A DNA stretch of 60,822 bases from Candidatus Micrarchaeota archaeon (GTDB taxonomy: Archaea > Micrarchaeota > Micrarchaeia > Micrarchaeales > CABMGC01). The stretch spans positions 1-60,822 of the forward strand of contig JAGWHJ010000004.1 in the NCBI GenBank assembly GCA_028866835.1, given 5' to 3'. Below, piece by piece: positions 38,948 through 49,060 of the stretch; position 1 is the first letter of the stretch; the number at the start of each line of letters is the position of its first letter. The notes under the pieces are model-generated. The model saw only the letters and a list, made by a program, of their open reading frames with translations. It had not been told where the DNA came from and searched no databases. The position numbers and the translations under genes were made by a program.

Positions 38948-40323
38948 CTTATCGTACCCTGCTCCTTCGAGTACAGGATTATGCCGGGATACTTCCTGGT
39001 CAGCGTATTGGCCTTCTGCCCGTACACCGCCTTTATGTTCCTCTGCACGGCCAGCTCGACAAGCCTTTGCGTTATGACACCGTCAAGCACTATGGCGTAC
39101 ACGCCGTTCGTGTACTCCACTCCTGCCAGGAGCTCGCGTATGGGGATCTCCTTTATGATGTTGCCAGCGCTGTCGTAGAGCCTGCTGCGCAGCGTCCCGG
39201 TGAGCTCGTCCAGACCTCCGGCAAGCTGCGTGAGGAGCATGCTCTTCAATGCCGGCTCCGGTCCCGGATTTGGCGCGGGCCTTGACAGGTCCTTCGCGGG
39301 CATGTATGACTGCCTTCCTATATCGCCGACCTCGCCAGGATTGGGCTCGAGTATCGCGCTGAGCTCCTTCGCCGGCTCAGCCCGCTGCGGCTGGTCCTGC
39401 GGGTCAGGCGGCTGCGGAGGCCTTGGCGGCGTAGGCCTGTACTGAGGCGTGCCGCCAGAACCTTGCCCCTGCTGGGACGGTCTCCTGTTCCTCCCGCCCT
39501 GGTACTGGTCTGTAGGTATCCTCGTCCTGAGCGCCTTTATCACCTCCTTCCTTGTGAGGTCCTCTACTTCCTTCCCGTCAGGGGCCCTTGCGATGAAGTC
39601 GATCTCGGCGACGTTCATCAGCGACCTAAGAATAAGGTCGCCGCCCCTGTCACCGTCAAGGAAGAGCGTTGATTCCTTCTCGGTTGCAAGCGTTATTATG
39701 GACTTGGGGATGTTGTTCGTTGCCCCGCCTACCGCTATCGCGTTGGTTATGTCGTTCCTGAGGAGGTTGAGCACGTCTGCCCTTCCCTCTACTATTATCA
39801 CCTCGTCGCTCTTGCCCACCTCCGGCCCTGCGGGAAGCTGCTCCGGCCCGTATGTGGTGACCTCGCTTGCGCGCACGTCGGACTGGACCATCTCGGCTAT
39901 CTCCTTGCTGTCGGGTATCTCGGTGTTGAGGAGCTGCTTGAGAAGGTCCTTTGCCCTGTTTAGTATCTTCCTCCTCTTCTCTGACCTTGTATCCTCGACC
40001 TTGTCGACGCCGAAGTTTGCCTCGTAAGGACCCACTCTGTCGACGGATTCTATAGCAGCCGCAAGTATGCACGTCTCTATCCTGTCAAGCGATGCCGGCA
40101 GGTGCAGCTTGCCGAAGGTCTTGTTCGATGACTGGTTGACATCTATCTCTATCCTGCCTATCTTTCCGTTCTTCTGCAGCTCGCGGAGGTCGAGCTCGCT
40201 GCCGAGGAGGCCTTCGGTCTGGCCGAAGACCGCGCCTATTATGTCGGGCTTGTCGACCACTCCGTCTATCGTGAACTTAGCCTCCACCATGTACTTTACT
40301 ATCTCCAGGTATGTTTTTGCCAT
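38944..40323 (-). CDS. dnaG: Archaeal DnaG (primase-like, exosome-associated)
   Basis: GVVDKPDIIGAVFGQTEGLLG, VEGRADV and DGDRGG. Confidence 0.96.
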   Translation of the reverse strand: MAKTYLEIVKYMVEAKFTIDGVVDKPDIIGAVFGQTEGLLGSELDLRELQKNGKIGRIEIDVNQSSNKTFGKLHLPASLDRIETCILAAAIESVDRVGPYEANFGVDKVEDTRSEKRRKILNRAKDLLKQLLNTEIPDSKEIAEMVQSDVRASEVTTYGPEQLPAGPEVGKSDEVIIVEGRADVLNLLRNDITNAIAVGGATNNIPKSIITLATEKESTLFLDGDRGGDLILRSLMNVAEIDFIARAPDGKEVEDLTRKEVIKALRTRIPTDQYQGGRNRRPSQQGQGSGGTPQYRPTPPRPPQPPDPQDQPQRAEPAKELSAILEPNPGEVGDIGRQSYMPAKDLSRPAPNPGPEPALKSMLLTQLAGGLDELTGTLRSRLYDSAGNIIKEIPIRELLAGVEYTNGVYAIVLDGVITQRLVELAVQRNIKAVYGQKANTLTRKYPGIILYSKEQGTIS

Positions 40324-40610
40324 CAAAATCGCTCTCGTTGTGTTGTCGTTAGATCAGTCTGGCGGGTATTGCAGCCGCTGGGCGCGAATAGCGCGCAAGG
40401 ATCAATTAACAAAGATCTCTCAGCAATTGGCTTTGGCGCTGCCTTTCCTAGCACAGATATCACTATGGAGCAGCTGCTTTACTGAAGTAGAAGACGGCAG
40501 TCCAACTCGGCAGAACCCGAGCGGTTGTTTGAATAAGTATAAAACGCCATCGTCACACCAGATAAATGCAACTATTCCCGGTATATATCTAGTCAGGAAG
40601 ATTATTAAGG

Positions 40611-41486
40611 TTACTGTATGCCCGGCTGAGAGGGCGGGTTTGGCGCCTGCGCAGGCTTCTTGATGCCGGACTGCACCATCTCCTTTGTGATGCCCTCCGG
40701 AAGCTTGCCGCCGGTTGCGGAATCGTAGAGGATCAGCTTGTAGACATTGGCGAGCATGTAGTTGAGCATTGCACCGTAGACTATCAGAAGCAGGCCCATT
40801 ATACCGACTATGGCCATCAGTATGAATGATCCGGTAAGGACGATGAGGCCTATCGCCAGGATTATCACCACTATGCCTGCCACTATGAACAGTATGGAAT
40901 AGAGGTCCGTGAAGAGCAGGCCTCCGAAAGTCTGCCCGAAATTCCTGGTTATGAAGCCGACGCTCTCCTTTATCGTCGCTATGGGCCCTGTCTTCTTCTC
41001 AATTATCACGGGTATTGCGAAGACCTGTATTACCGACATGGCTATCGAGATGCCAAGGCCTGCGAGCAGCGCGGTTAGATTTATCCCGCCCCTGCCCCTG
41101 CTCTCAAGCGCCTTTATTACCATGGTTACTATGGCCTCGAATACCGCCCATTCCAGTATCACAAGGGCGTATCCCGATGCAGTCTGCCCGAGCGCCTCGA
41201 AGAAGCCAATCTTCTTGCCTTTCTCGAAGCTCTTGAATGCGAGCAGCATCGAGACCACTATGAAGATGGAGGTGAAATAGATAATGACATAATAGATGAA
41301 CAGGCCCACTATGAAGGCTATCGAGTTGTTGTTGCTGAGGAAAAGGAAGGGTATGAGTATCAGTATGGTCTCGACAAATATGACGAGCCCGGATACTATC
41401 GGGTATATGAAGAGTCCGCGGTCCTTGAAGACCAGCTTCCTTATCGAAGCTGCGAGTTTCCAGCCTGCTATTACGTTCTCGAACAT
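40611..41486 (-). CDS. Multi-pass membrane protein (DUF6159-like)
   Basis: Six TM; PVIIIEKKTGPIATIKES..FGQ pattern. Confidence 0.75.
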   Translation of the reverse strand: MFENVIAGWKLAASIRKLVFKDRGLFIYPIVSGLVIFVETILILIPFLFLSNNNSIAFIVGLFIYYVIIYFTSIFIVVSMLLAFKSFEKGKKIGFFEALGQTASGYALVILEWAVFEAIVTMVIKALESRGRGGINLTALLAGLGISIAMSVIQVFAIPVIIEKKTGPIATIKESVGFITRNFGQTFGGLLFTDLYSILFIVAGIVVIILAIGLIVLTGSFILMAIVGIMGLLLIVYGAMLNYMLANVYKLILYDSATGGKLPEGITKEMVQSGIKKPAQAPNPPSQPGIQ

Positions 41487-41550
41487 GGTGTTTGCAACCT
41501 CAGGGTCTTAGTTAAGTTTATATTAGGCAAGCAACATTAATAAAGATGCG

Positions 41551-41985
41551 GTGATCAGTCTGCCGAACAACAGGTACCAGCGCGGAGCCAGAGCTGAAAG
41601 GGAGCTCCTGGGCACTTTTTACGAGACAGGATGGTCCGTCATAAGGAGCAGCGGCAGCGGGGTCAATGCGCTGAGCCCTGACCTGCTTGTCGCAAAGGAC
41701 CGCGTCTGCATAGCCATAGAGTGCAAGGCCTGGGACCGCGGGAGCCTGAGCATCGGGCCGGAGCAGTTCCTCAAGCTGCTCGAGTGGGAAAAGAACACAT
41801 CCTTCCCGACGTACGTCGCGTGGCGCGTCAACAGGAAGGGCTGGTACTTCATAAGGCTTGACGAGTTCACGAAGGGCGAGAAGAATTATAATGTCACGAT
41901 GAAGAAGGTATCCGAGATAAACAGGCTGTTCGATGACGTGGTGAGGATGTTTGCACCGCATGAAGTGGTGCAGGCCGCAGTATAG
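41551..41985 (+). CDS. hjc: Holliday junction resolvase Hjc
   Basis: RGARAEREL, RSSGSG, PDLLV and IECK. Confidence 0.92.
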   Translation: MISLPNNRYQRGARAERELLGTFYETGWSVIRSSGSGVNALSPDLLVAKDRVCIAIECKAWDRGSLSIGPEQFLKLLEWEKNTSFPTYVAWRVNRKGWYFIRLDEFTKGEKNYNVTMKKVSEINRLFDDVVRMFAPHEVVQAAV

Positions 41986-42040
41986 GGCCCCAGACCACCA
42001 TTTTAAATATGATAAATCTTAGCTATATTATGCGATATTT

Positions 42041-42277
42041 ATGGTCCAGAGTGTAGCGGCGCGCAAGGTGAACGGCCATCTCGAGAGGGTAGCCATGCTT
42101 GCGGATGACAGGACCGCTAGGCTGACGGCTCTGGAGAGCCTGAGGAACAAGGCCCTCTATTCGGGAGAGGAGGAGGCCGTAAGGTCGCTCGAGTATCTCT
42201 CGATGGAAGGCCGTGGAAAGGTCAGGAGGGCGGCGAAAAGCGCCCTGGGAGAACTCGATGCGCTAAGGAGGCGCTGA
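42041..42277 (+). CDS. Small HEAT-like helical protein
   Basis: Own TATA at 42001; paralogous to the next ORF. Confidence 0.65.
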   Translation: MVQSVAARKVNGHLERVAMLADDRTARLTALESLRNKALYSGEEEAVRSLEYLSMEGRGKVRRAAKSALGELDALRRR

Positions 42278-42316
42278 TAAAAGCGCATATATATCAGGGT
42301 TGCATAATTGATGATT

Positions 42317-42571
42317 ATGGCCAGCGACATGGTGAGGGTAAGGAACAGGGTGCTTACGTCAACGGCACTGGTAGGAGAGGACAGGTTCACGCGCGCAGAT
42401 GCTGCGATGCTTCTGAGGAACCAGGCCATAGATGGAAGGCAGCCAAGCGCAATGCAGGGTTTGAGGCATGTGGCTATGGAGGGCGATGGGGAGGCCCAGG
42501 CCATAGCAAAGGGCGGCGTGAGGGAGCTTGAAGAGCTCGCCAAGCGCGAGTTCAGGGACAGGCCGGCATAG
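42317..42571 (+). CDS. Small HEAT-like helical protein, tandem paralogue
   Basis: Shares DR..R..A...LRN.A...MEG.G...AK...EL with the previous ORF. Confidence 0.65.
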   Translation: MASDMVRVRNRVLTSTALVGEDRFTRADAAMLLRNQAIDGRQPSAMQGLRHVAMEGDGEAQAIAKGGVRELEELAKREFRDRPA

Positions 42572-42612
42572 GCCCTGCGCTTATTCATGGAGATAGCAAT
42601 AGATACATTAGC

Positions 42613-43179
42613 CTAGGCCAGGTTTACGGATATGGGGCACTCCGTCATGTAGGGGGCGTTGCCGTACACGTAGATCCTGCTAGCGTGTATTATGGTAGAA
42701 TTGAAGCCGCTGTAGTTAAGGAAGATGGACGGCTCCGAATAGGCCGTGGAAAGGCAGGAGCTGGCATTGGCGGTAACCGGAGAGATCTGGCCGCCAAGGC
42801 CCGTCTTCGAGTATATGCACTCGTGCGTGGTCCCGTTTATCAGGAAGAAGTCTATGGTGCTGGCCTTCCTGGAATGCGCTATTATCTGTATTATGGAATC
42901 GAAGCATGAGCTCTCTATCGGGTACTGCGAGGCGTTGTAGTAGGTAGCTACGATCGCCACGCGTGGCGCGGCGTCGAAATTTGACTTGAACGACGAGAAC
43001 GAGACGCCGGTGAGCGTGGATGGGACGACGAGGAACAGAGCTATTAGCACGGCTATGCCGACTATCACTATCGCGATTATGACAGGCAGCGAGCTCGGGG
43101 GAGCCTTCTGGCTCTCCTTGTGCTTCTTTGAATCGGCCTGCTTCTTCTCGGCTGCTGGATCCGCTCTCTTCTCGGCCAT
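42613..43179 (-). CDS. Single-TM protein with Cys-containing extracellular domain
   Basis: Charged N-terminus, TM, domain ending GNAPYMTECPI. Confidence 0.75.
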   Translation of the reverse strand: MAEKRADPAAEKKQADSKKHKESQKAPPSSLPVIIAIVIVGIAVLIALFLVVPSTLTGVSFSSFKSNFDAAPRVAIVATYYNASQYPIESSCFDSIIQIIAHSRKASTIDFFLINGTTHECIYSKTGLGGQISPVTANASSCLSTAYSEPSIFLNYSGFNSTIIHASRIYVYGNAPYMTECPISVNLA

Positions 43180-43183
43180 CAAC

Positions 43184-45259
43184 TCACCTTATCAGCGCAG
43201 CAATAGGGCAGCTGTTCATGAACACGTCGTTCCCTGTAGCGCTCAGTATCGTGCCGTAGTACGAGTACATGCCTATGTGCGTGGAGTTGCCCTGCGTAAG
43301 CACGACAACAGGCGTGTTCTTCGCAAGGTACGGATTGAGGCAGGTGCCCAATCCCTGAGGAGTTCCTCCAACGAGGCACGTGGCATTGCTTATCCTAAGC
43401 GTCTGCACGCTCTTGTTGATTGCCTTGGCGGCTGTCGCTATCCTTCCGGAGCAGTTTATCATCGCGGTCGAAGTGGTGCCGTTAAGCGCAACGACGAGCG
43501 TGTTTGAAGCGGAGAGAGATGAATGGAACGTGCTTACAGGGGCGAATGAGCTTGCGCTTGCGGCAAGAGAGTAGGTCACGGCCAGGTAGATGGCTACCAG
43601 TATCACTGCGGCGGCGAAGAGCTTCCTCCAGTTAGCAGCGGTCCTGGGGTCGTTCCTCAGCTTATGCCTGTGCTTCAGGCTGTTGTACTTGTAGAATACA
43701 AGGCCGAGGAGTATCAGCCCTATTATCAGTGAGGGTATCATCGCGTAGAAAGGCGCGGAAGCTATCGCCGCTGCGGAAGGCATGTTCTCGGCGCCCAGCA
43801 TGACGCGCACGATGGGCGCGTCTATGCCCCTCGATAGCTCCTGGAATGGATCCCCGAAGCCGCCACTGCCGAGGGCGGCAGCCTGCGAATTGATTGCGAG
43901 CAGATTGGAATTGAGTGCTGATATCGAGCTTATCCTCGATGAGAGCTGCGTCTCAAGCGCGGCTTCCTGGAAGCCGAGTGAGCTTGCGCTCTGGCTAGGC
44001 GCCATGGTATTGAGCTGCAGCTCCAGTATCAGCGCGGTGTTGTTCCTCGCAAGTTTGACGTCATTCGAGTACGTGGCATTAGCGCTTGCGTACACCCTCG
44101 AGAAAGAGGTTATCTGCTTCGAGAGGTTCGCCGCGTACGCCGTTATGTTAAGGTTCAGGTAGTTGGCCTCGAGGGTCGAGACGTTGCGCATGAGCGCGCT
44201 CTCGTCAGCGGCGAGAGTGCTGTTGCTTATGTGCGTGAGCAGGGTGTTGGTTGCGAAGATGAGGGTGCTGTATCCGGAGAGCGTGGTGTTGAGCGTCGTG
44301 GCGAGCTCCTTCGCCTTCCTTGCCGTCAGTATTGGAAGGACGTAGGAATTCTCCTTCTGGCTTATGTTTGAAGCGAGGCTCTCTATCTGCGGATCGGTCA
44401 GCGGAAGGGATTCCAGCTGGCTTATCGTCGTCTGTATGGACGACAGCTTTGATTGCTGGAAGAACGGCGTGGGGCAGTACGGCAGCGAGTTGCAGTACCA
44501 AGGGCCGCCAGGAGACGAGACGTTGACCTTGGAGTTGCCTGCGCCCGTGCAGAGGTTGTAGTTGACGCCTGCTGGCGGCGGGAATATGGGGTTGTGTGTT
44601 ATGCTCTGCGTCAGGGACGAGATGCTGTTGTACGCGCTCGATATCTGCGGCACTGTGGCGCCTGCATTCGAGCCGTTTATCGTCATTGCGCCGGAGGTGA
44701 ACTTGGTGAAATTGGATTCGAGCTGGGTGTACTCGGTGGAGAACAGCATCACGCCTGCCGCGAAAGAGCCGCTGGGGCCTCCCGAGGCGTCGAGGTACTT
44801 GTGGCACAGGGGCACGGAGCCGCATGCCTGGCACTGGTTGGCCAAGGTGCAGGAGAACCTGTTGAGACCGGTGATGTTGTAGCATGCCGTAAGGTTCTTG
44901 GCCGCGTTGTTCGCGGTCTCGAACTGCTGCATCTGGCTGACGAGGCTGCTCGTGTTGACGCTTGCAAGGCTCTGGTTGATCAGCTCTGGCCGCAGTATCG
45001 CAGCTATGGTGCTGCCGTTGAGCACTATGAGGTACGGTGTCGACGATACGTTGACAAGGAAGTCGATGTTGTTCTGGCTTGAGAGCGCGATGTACTGGCT
45101 GCCCTGGAAGGTTATGCCTGTCGTGCTCAGGTTGCGTATCAGTCCCGAAGAGACGTTATAGCTTGAGAGAAGGCTGTTGACCTCCTGTGAAGAGTATGCG
45201 CCAGCGACGTTTACGACGGAAAACAGCACGAGCAGGACGAGCAGTGTTCTCGTATACAT
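43184..45259 (-). CDS. Large secreted/membrane protein with Cys cluster and coiled coil
   Basis: Signal peptide, Cys-rich segment, helical stalk, two TM, C-domain ending GNDVFMNSCPI. Confidence 0.8.
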   Translation of the reverse strand: MYTRTLLVLLVLFSVVNVAGAYSSQEVNSLLSSYNVSSGLIRNLSTTGITFQGSQYIALSSQNNIDFLVNVSSTPYLIVLNGSTIAAILRPELINQSLASVNTSSLVSQMQQFETANNAAKNLTACYNITGLNRFSCTLANQCQACGSVPLCHKYLDASGGPSGSFAAGVMLFSTEYTQLESNFTKFTSGAMTINGSNAGATVPQISSAYNSISSLTQSITHNPIFPPPAGVNYNLCTGAGNSKVNVSSPGGPWYCNSLPYCPTPFFQQSKLSSIQTTISQLESLPLTDPQIESLASNISQKENSYVLPILTARKAKELATTLNTTLSGYSTLIFATNTLLTHISNSTLAADESALMRNVSTLEANYLNLNITAYAANLSKQITSFSRVYASANATYSNDVKLARNNTALILELQLNTMAPSQSASSLGFQEAALETQLSSRISSISALNSNLLAINSQAAALGSGGFGDPFQELSRGIDAPIVRVMLGAENMPSAAAIASAPFYAMIPSLIIGLILLGLVFYKYNSLKHRHKLRNDPRTAANWRKLFAAAVILVAIYLAVTYSLAASASSFAPVSTFHSSLSASNTLVVALNGTTSTAMINCSGRIATAAKAINKSVQTLRISNATCLVGGTPQGLGTCLNPYLAKNTPVVVLTQGNSTHIGMYSYYGTILSATGNDVFMNSCPIAALIR

Positions 45260-45339
45260 GAGAAAGTTATTGCTATTGGTGTTTATATACATTTCCCCAA
45301 TTTTTGGTTCTGAAACGAAATGAGATTAATGATTTTGAA

Positions 45340-45407
45340 AACCAAAAGGAAGAGAAAGGAAAAAGGAATAGAAAAAAGAAAAAGTGTGAAGCCAAAATGG
45401 CTTCACA
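45340..45407 (-). terminator. S-layer gene terminator
   Basis: Perfect 10-bp hairpin TGTGAAGCCA-AAA-TGGCTTCACA (45385-45407) followed on the minus strand by long T tracts. Confidence 0.8.
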
Positions 45408-45419
45408 AGCTCAGCCGCT

Positions 45420-48400
45420 TTACGTGCCTGCAGACTGCAACAGCTGCCCTATGAACTGGTTCCCTGCCTGTACCGTCTCGTTGGCAGAGTATCCTGCAAC
45501 CAGTATCCTGTTGTTGCCCTCAGCAGAGGCGATCACAGACCCAGGTCCGAAGCTTGAGTCCAAGCTTGGGTTCTGCTGGAAGATCTGCGCTGCCACAGCG
45601 TTGACATACTTGCTTCCAACCACTATAAGGTTAGATGATTGGTTTGCATTCGTGTCAAGGACGACTAGTGGCTGTGCCACCGTGTTCAGGTGTACAGGTG
45701 TTACTGCATGCGAGATTGACGGCGTTGCCGTTAGGTTGCCAAGTCCAGTTACCGTGCAGCTCGCGCTTGTGGTGTTTCCACCGCTGCATGAGGCGCTGAC
45801 GTTCGCAATGGTCACGTTCGCTATGTTTGTGGCCTGTCCTATCTTGTAAGGACCGAACGTCTGGGTCGTTGTCGCGGCGGTTCCGTTTATTCGTCCTACC
45901 ACGAACAGGAGCTGGTCAGGCGACTTTGCGAGGTTGAATGATATCGTTGTTGGCGATATTGAGACAACCTTGCTGCCTCGCTCTCCGACGAATCCAGGCA
46001 TCACGTTGAATGCTGCATTGCCCAATGAAGGGATGTACGTGATGTTGTTCTTCTGGCCTATAGCGTTCGTTGCCGAGCCGCTGTAGTTGAGCTGGAACAG
46101 TGGGCTTGCTGATACTCCTCCGGTTGAGTTCACTATGCCGAATGCGAACCCGCTCTGCTTTATCAGAGTGTTGGAAGGTACCGCTACCTCGTTGAACGTG
46201 TAGCTGTAGTACTGCTGAGGCGTCGCCAATACACCGGCCGCCTTTGCAGACGTCGGCGTCAAGGCAAATGTCTCAGTAGACTGCGCTCCGTTGTACACTA
46301 CGTTCGTTGCCGCTGAAGACAGCGAGTAGTATGTCTGTCCGGAGAGTGGTCCGTAGATTATCTCACCGGCAGCCGGAACGTTCGTGAGGTTGGCAAGCTG
46401 CACCACGTTGGCGGTGTTTGTCAGGGAGTTCGCCCATACTGCTACTGTGAATGGGTTTCCTGGCAGTGGCCTGCTCAACTGTATGTTCGTGACGTTGAAG
46501 AACGCCGTGGCAGTGAGCTGGTTGCCGCTGTTCGTTGTGAACTGCACCGCGGAGCTTACAGGGGACTTGCCCGCCGTGTTTGACGTGAAACCTTGTATGG
46601 TTACAGTCAATGGGTTCGTCGAGGTTATCCAGTACTGGCCGCCAGTTGTCTGATACGTCAGGATGACGTTGTCAGTTCCTGGGGTCGTCAGACCCTGTCC
46701 TGTTCCTGCTCCTGGGGCAATCGTGTTGCCGTTTGGCCTCATCGTGTTAGCGATCTCGTTCAGCTGGTATGGGTCCAGCAAGTACGTTACTGTCGCACTC
46801 TGCTGTCCTGCGTACGTGAACGCATTTGGTATGCTGCTCGTTACAGTCAGCTCTGATGCTGGCTCGGTTATGCTGTTGACCGCGAGCTGCACTGCGTCAG
46901 GCGCAGATGCACCAACTCCAGAAGAGCCTGCACCGATGTTCTGGTATGTTATCGATGAGGTTGGTTGGGCCGTCGCAGAGACAGAGTCGAAACCTGCAGG
47001 TGATAGTGAGTCACCGACGAAGGTTATCTTCCATGCCGCTGGGTTCTGTATGAACGTGAACGACTGCCCTGGTGCCAGGGTTGTAGGCGTCCTGTTGTAC
47101 ACGACTATCGATTGCAAAGCCACTGCGTTTGCAGAGCTGCTCGATGAGGTGTTTGTCCAGTATATGTTCACTGTCCAACCTGGGTCATTCGTCTGGTTGT
47201 AGACCTGACCGTCAGTTATGTTCAGCAGGTTGGAGTATAGCTGGATCTTTGCCCACTTCTCGTATGCATACAAACCTGCGAAGGTCTGCTGTACATTGAC
47301 GAAAAGCTTCTGGCCCGAGACGTTGAACGCCTGGGTCTTGAACTCGTTTATTGACGTCGTGTTCGTCTTCACTCCGTGGTAGTACACAGCCACTGAAGCT
47401 GGTGTCGCACCTGTGGAGTTAGGCTGACCAAGGTCCTGCAATTGCACCGTGAATGGACCTGTTGAGATGTTGTCTCCCACGTACACAATTGTCGCTGGTA
47501 CCAACGCTGCAGCAAGCTCAAGCTTTCCTCCGTTAATTACATTTGAGGATGTAACTCCCGTGGTTGTTGAGTATGCCTGTAGTATTGTATAGTTCTGTCC
47601 CAGGAACTTGATTGGAACGTTCAGGTTTCCTGCTATGTGGGCGCTTGACGTTGCCGATGCGTTTATCTGTATCGGCGAGCCGAAGACAGTCTGGTATGCG
47701 CCAGTCGCAGACATCAGCCTGAAGTTGTTCACTCCAGTTGCCTGGTCGAATACAGGGAATCCTGCCAGCCAGAGGTATGAGCTCTGCTGGTGTGTGCCCC
47801 AGCTCGATGTCAGGGTTGTCAACTGAGCTGACGATACCCTCAAGAGGTTGTCGAACGTTGCTGTTCCTGATCCAGAGCCGAATCCGCTGTTGAACGAGAC
47901 TCCGCCTCCGTTGTTGTTTGACTGCACTGTTGAGTATGGAACTTGGCTGGCCGCAGTGTACGGGCTCATGACCGGAGAGATTATCAAGGACGGAAGCTCC
48001 TGATATGCATATTGGCTTCCTGCGCCCTGGATGCTCTTCGTGCTGCCCGGCTGGCTCAATTGGATTGCTGAATTAAATACGGATCCTATTATTGCATAGA
48101 ATGCGTATGATCCACCCGTTCCAGTTAAGCCCTGCTCTCCAAGCCAAACCTGTTGGTTTGTAAGCGTGCACGTTGGTCTTGTCACTACACAATTCACGTT
48201 GCTTTGCCCGCTTACCGTTGCAGTCACATTCTGCGATGTGAATGCAAGGTTTCCGATGACTGCAGCGATGTTAGCTGCAACAACTCCGTCGCTAGGCGAA
48301 GGGGTGTATTGTGTGCCCTGACCTGATCCAACTACGATCTGCACTACTGGCGTTCCCGCACTGTTTATTATTGGTATTGTTCCGTTGAAGTTTACTCCTC

Positions 48401-48476
48401 CTGAGCCTGCGAATGCAAAGCCCATGAGCAAACTTGCCGCGACAGCGGCTATTCTCTTTGCGTTTTTACTTCTCAT
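45420..48476 (-). CDS. S-layer protein
   Basis: KRIAAVAA leader, QIVVGS..SDGVVAANIAA N-motif, NLIVVGSKYVN..ILVAGY C-motif; strong TATA and terminator. Confidence 0.88.
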   Translation of the reverse strand: MRSKNAKRIAAVAASLLMGFAFAGSGGVNFNGTIPIINSAGTPVVQIVVGSGQGTQYTPSPSDGVVAANIAAVIGNLAFTSQNVTATVSGQSNVNCVVTRPTCTLTNQQVWLGEQGLTGTGGSYAFYAIIGSVFNSAIQLSQPGSTKSIQGAGSQYAYQELPSLIISPVMSPYTAASQVPYSTVQSNNNGGGVSFNSGFGSGSGTATFDNLLRVSSAQLTTLTSSWGTHQQSSYLWLAGFPVFDQATGVNNFRLMSATGAYQTVFGSPIQINASATSSAHIAGNLNVPIKFLGQNYTILQAYSTTTGVTSSNVINGGKLELAAALVPATIVYVGDNISTGPFTVQLQDLGQPNSTGATPASVAVYYHGVKTNTTSINEFKTQAFNVSGQKLFVNVQQTFAGLYAYEKWAKIQLYSNLLNITDGQVYNQTNDPGWTVNIYWTNTSSSSSANAVALQSIVVYNRTPTTLAPGQSFTFIQNPAAWKITFVGDSLSPAGFDSVSATAQPTSSITYQNIGAGSSGVGASAPDAVQLAVNSITEPASELTVTSSIPNAFTYAGQQSATVTYLLDPYQLNEIANTMRPNGNTIAPGAGTGQGLTTPGTDNVILTYQTTGGQYWITSTNPLTVTIQGFTSNTAGKSPVSSAVQFTTNSGNQLTATAFFNVTNIQLSRPLPGNPFTVAVWANSLTNTANVVQLANLTNVPAAGEIIYGPLSGQTYYSLSSAATNVVYNGAQSTETFALTPTSAKAAGVLATPQQYYSYTFNEVAVPSNTLIKQSGFAFGIVNSTGGVSASPLFQLNYSGSATNAIGQKNNITYIPSLGNAAFNVMPGFVGERGSKVVSISPTTISFNLAKSPDQLLFVVGRINGTAATTTQTFGPYKIGQATNIANVTIANVSASCSGGNTTSASCTVTGLGNLTATPSISHAVTPVHLNTVAQPLVVLDTNANQSSNLIVVGSKYVNAVAAQIFQQNPSLDSSFGPGSVIASAEGNNRILVAGYSANETVQAGNQFIGQLLQSAGT

Positions 48477-48698
48477 CTTACCACTCTAATGGTGCAGATA
48501 TACTTAAATGCAAAGTATTTAAAGGCTAGTGTTTTATTTAATTTTTAATTGCTATATTAAAGATAAAATTACGTTGATTGTCATACCATTTTTCTTTTTT
48601 CAGCGAAGTATTTCGTCGAAAGCCATAATTGATGCCAGATGCATGCCCTTCAGCGCAGGTTATATATTGTTTAGCTGCAATCTACTCCTGTTGGTTCA

Positions 48699-49055
48699 AT
48701 GATGCCTAACATAGATCCGAGGCAGCTTAAGAGCATGATGGACAAGATGGGCATATCGAGCAGGGAGATACCTGCGACGCGCGTGGTCATCGAGAGCAGA
48801 GGGGGCAACATCGTCATAGACAACCCGCAGGTTGTCGAGATAAGCGCCCAGGGGAGCAAGAGCTATCAGATAAGCGGCATCATCAGGGAGGAGGCGGGAG
48901 AGGAGGAGAAGGTGGAGATACGCGGGGACGACGTGCGTGTCGTCATGGAGCAGAGCGGCGCTGACGAGGCGACAGCGAGGAAGGCCCTCGAGTCCACGAA
49001 CGGAGACATAGCGGCTGCGATCCTCAAGATTGAGGAGGAGGAGCCTGTAGATTGA
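48699..49055 (+). CDS. nac: Nascent polypeptide-associated complex protein
   Basis: DPRQLKSMMDKMGI; C-terminal UBA-like ARKALESTNGDIAAAI. Confidence 0.93.
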   Translation: MMPNIDPRQLKSMMDKMGISSREIPATRVVIESRGGNIVIDNPQVVEISAQGSKSYQISGIIREEAGEEEKVEIRGDDVRVVMEQSGADEATARKALESTNGDIAAAILKIEEEEPVD

Positions 49056-49060
49056 GGTCC

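Noticed and set aside
40327-40560. RNase P or SRP RNA
   Set aside because: No GAGGAAAGUCC-type P4 motif or SRP helix-8 motif was found on either strand.
45304-45849. 181-aa plus-strand ORF
   Set aside because: It reads through the S-layer terminator and the antisense of the S-layer 3' end.
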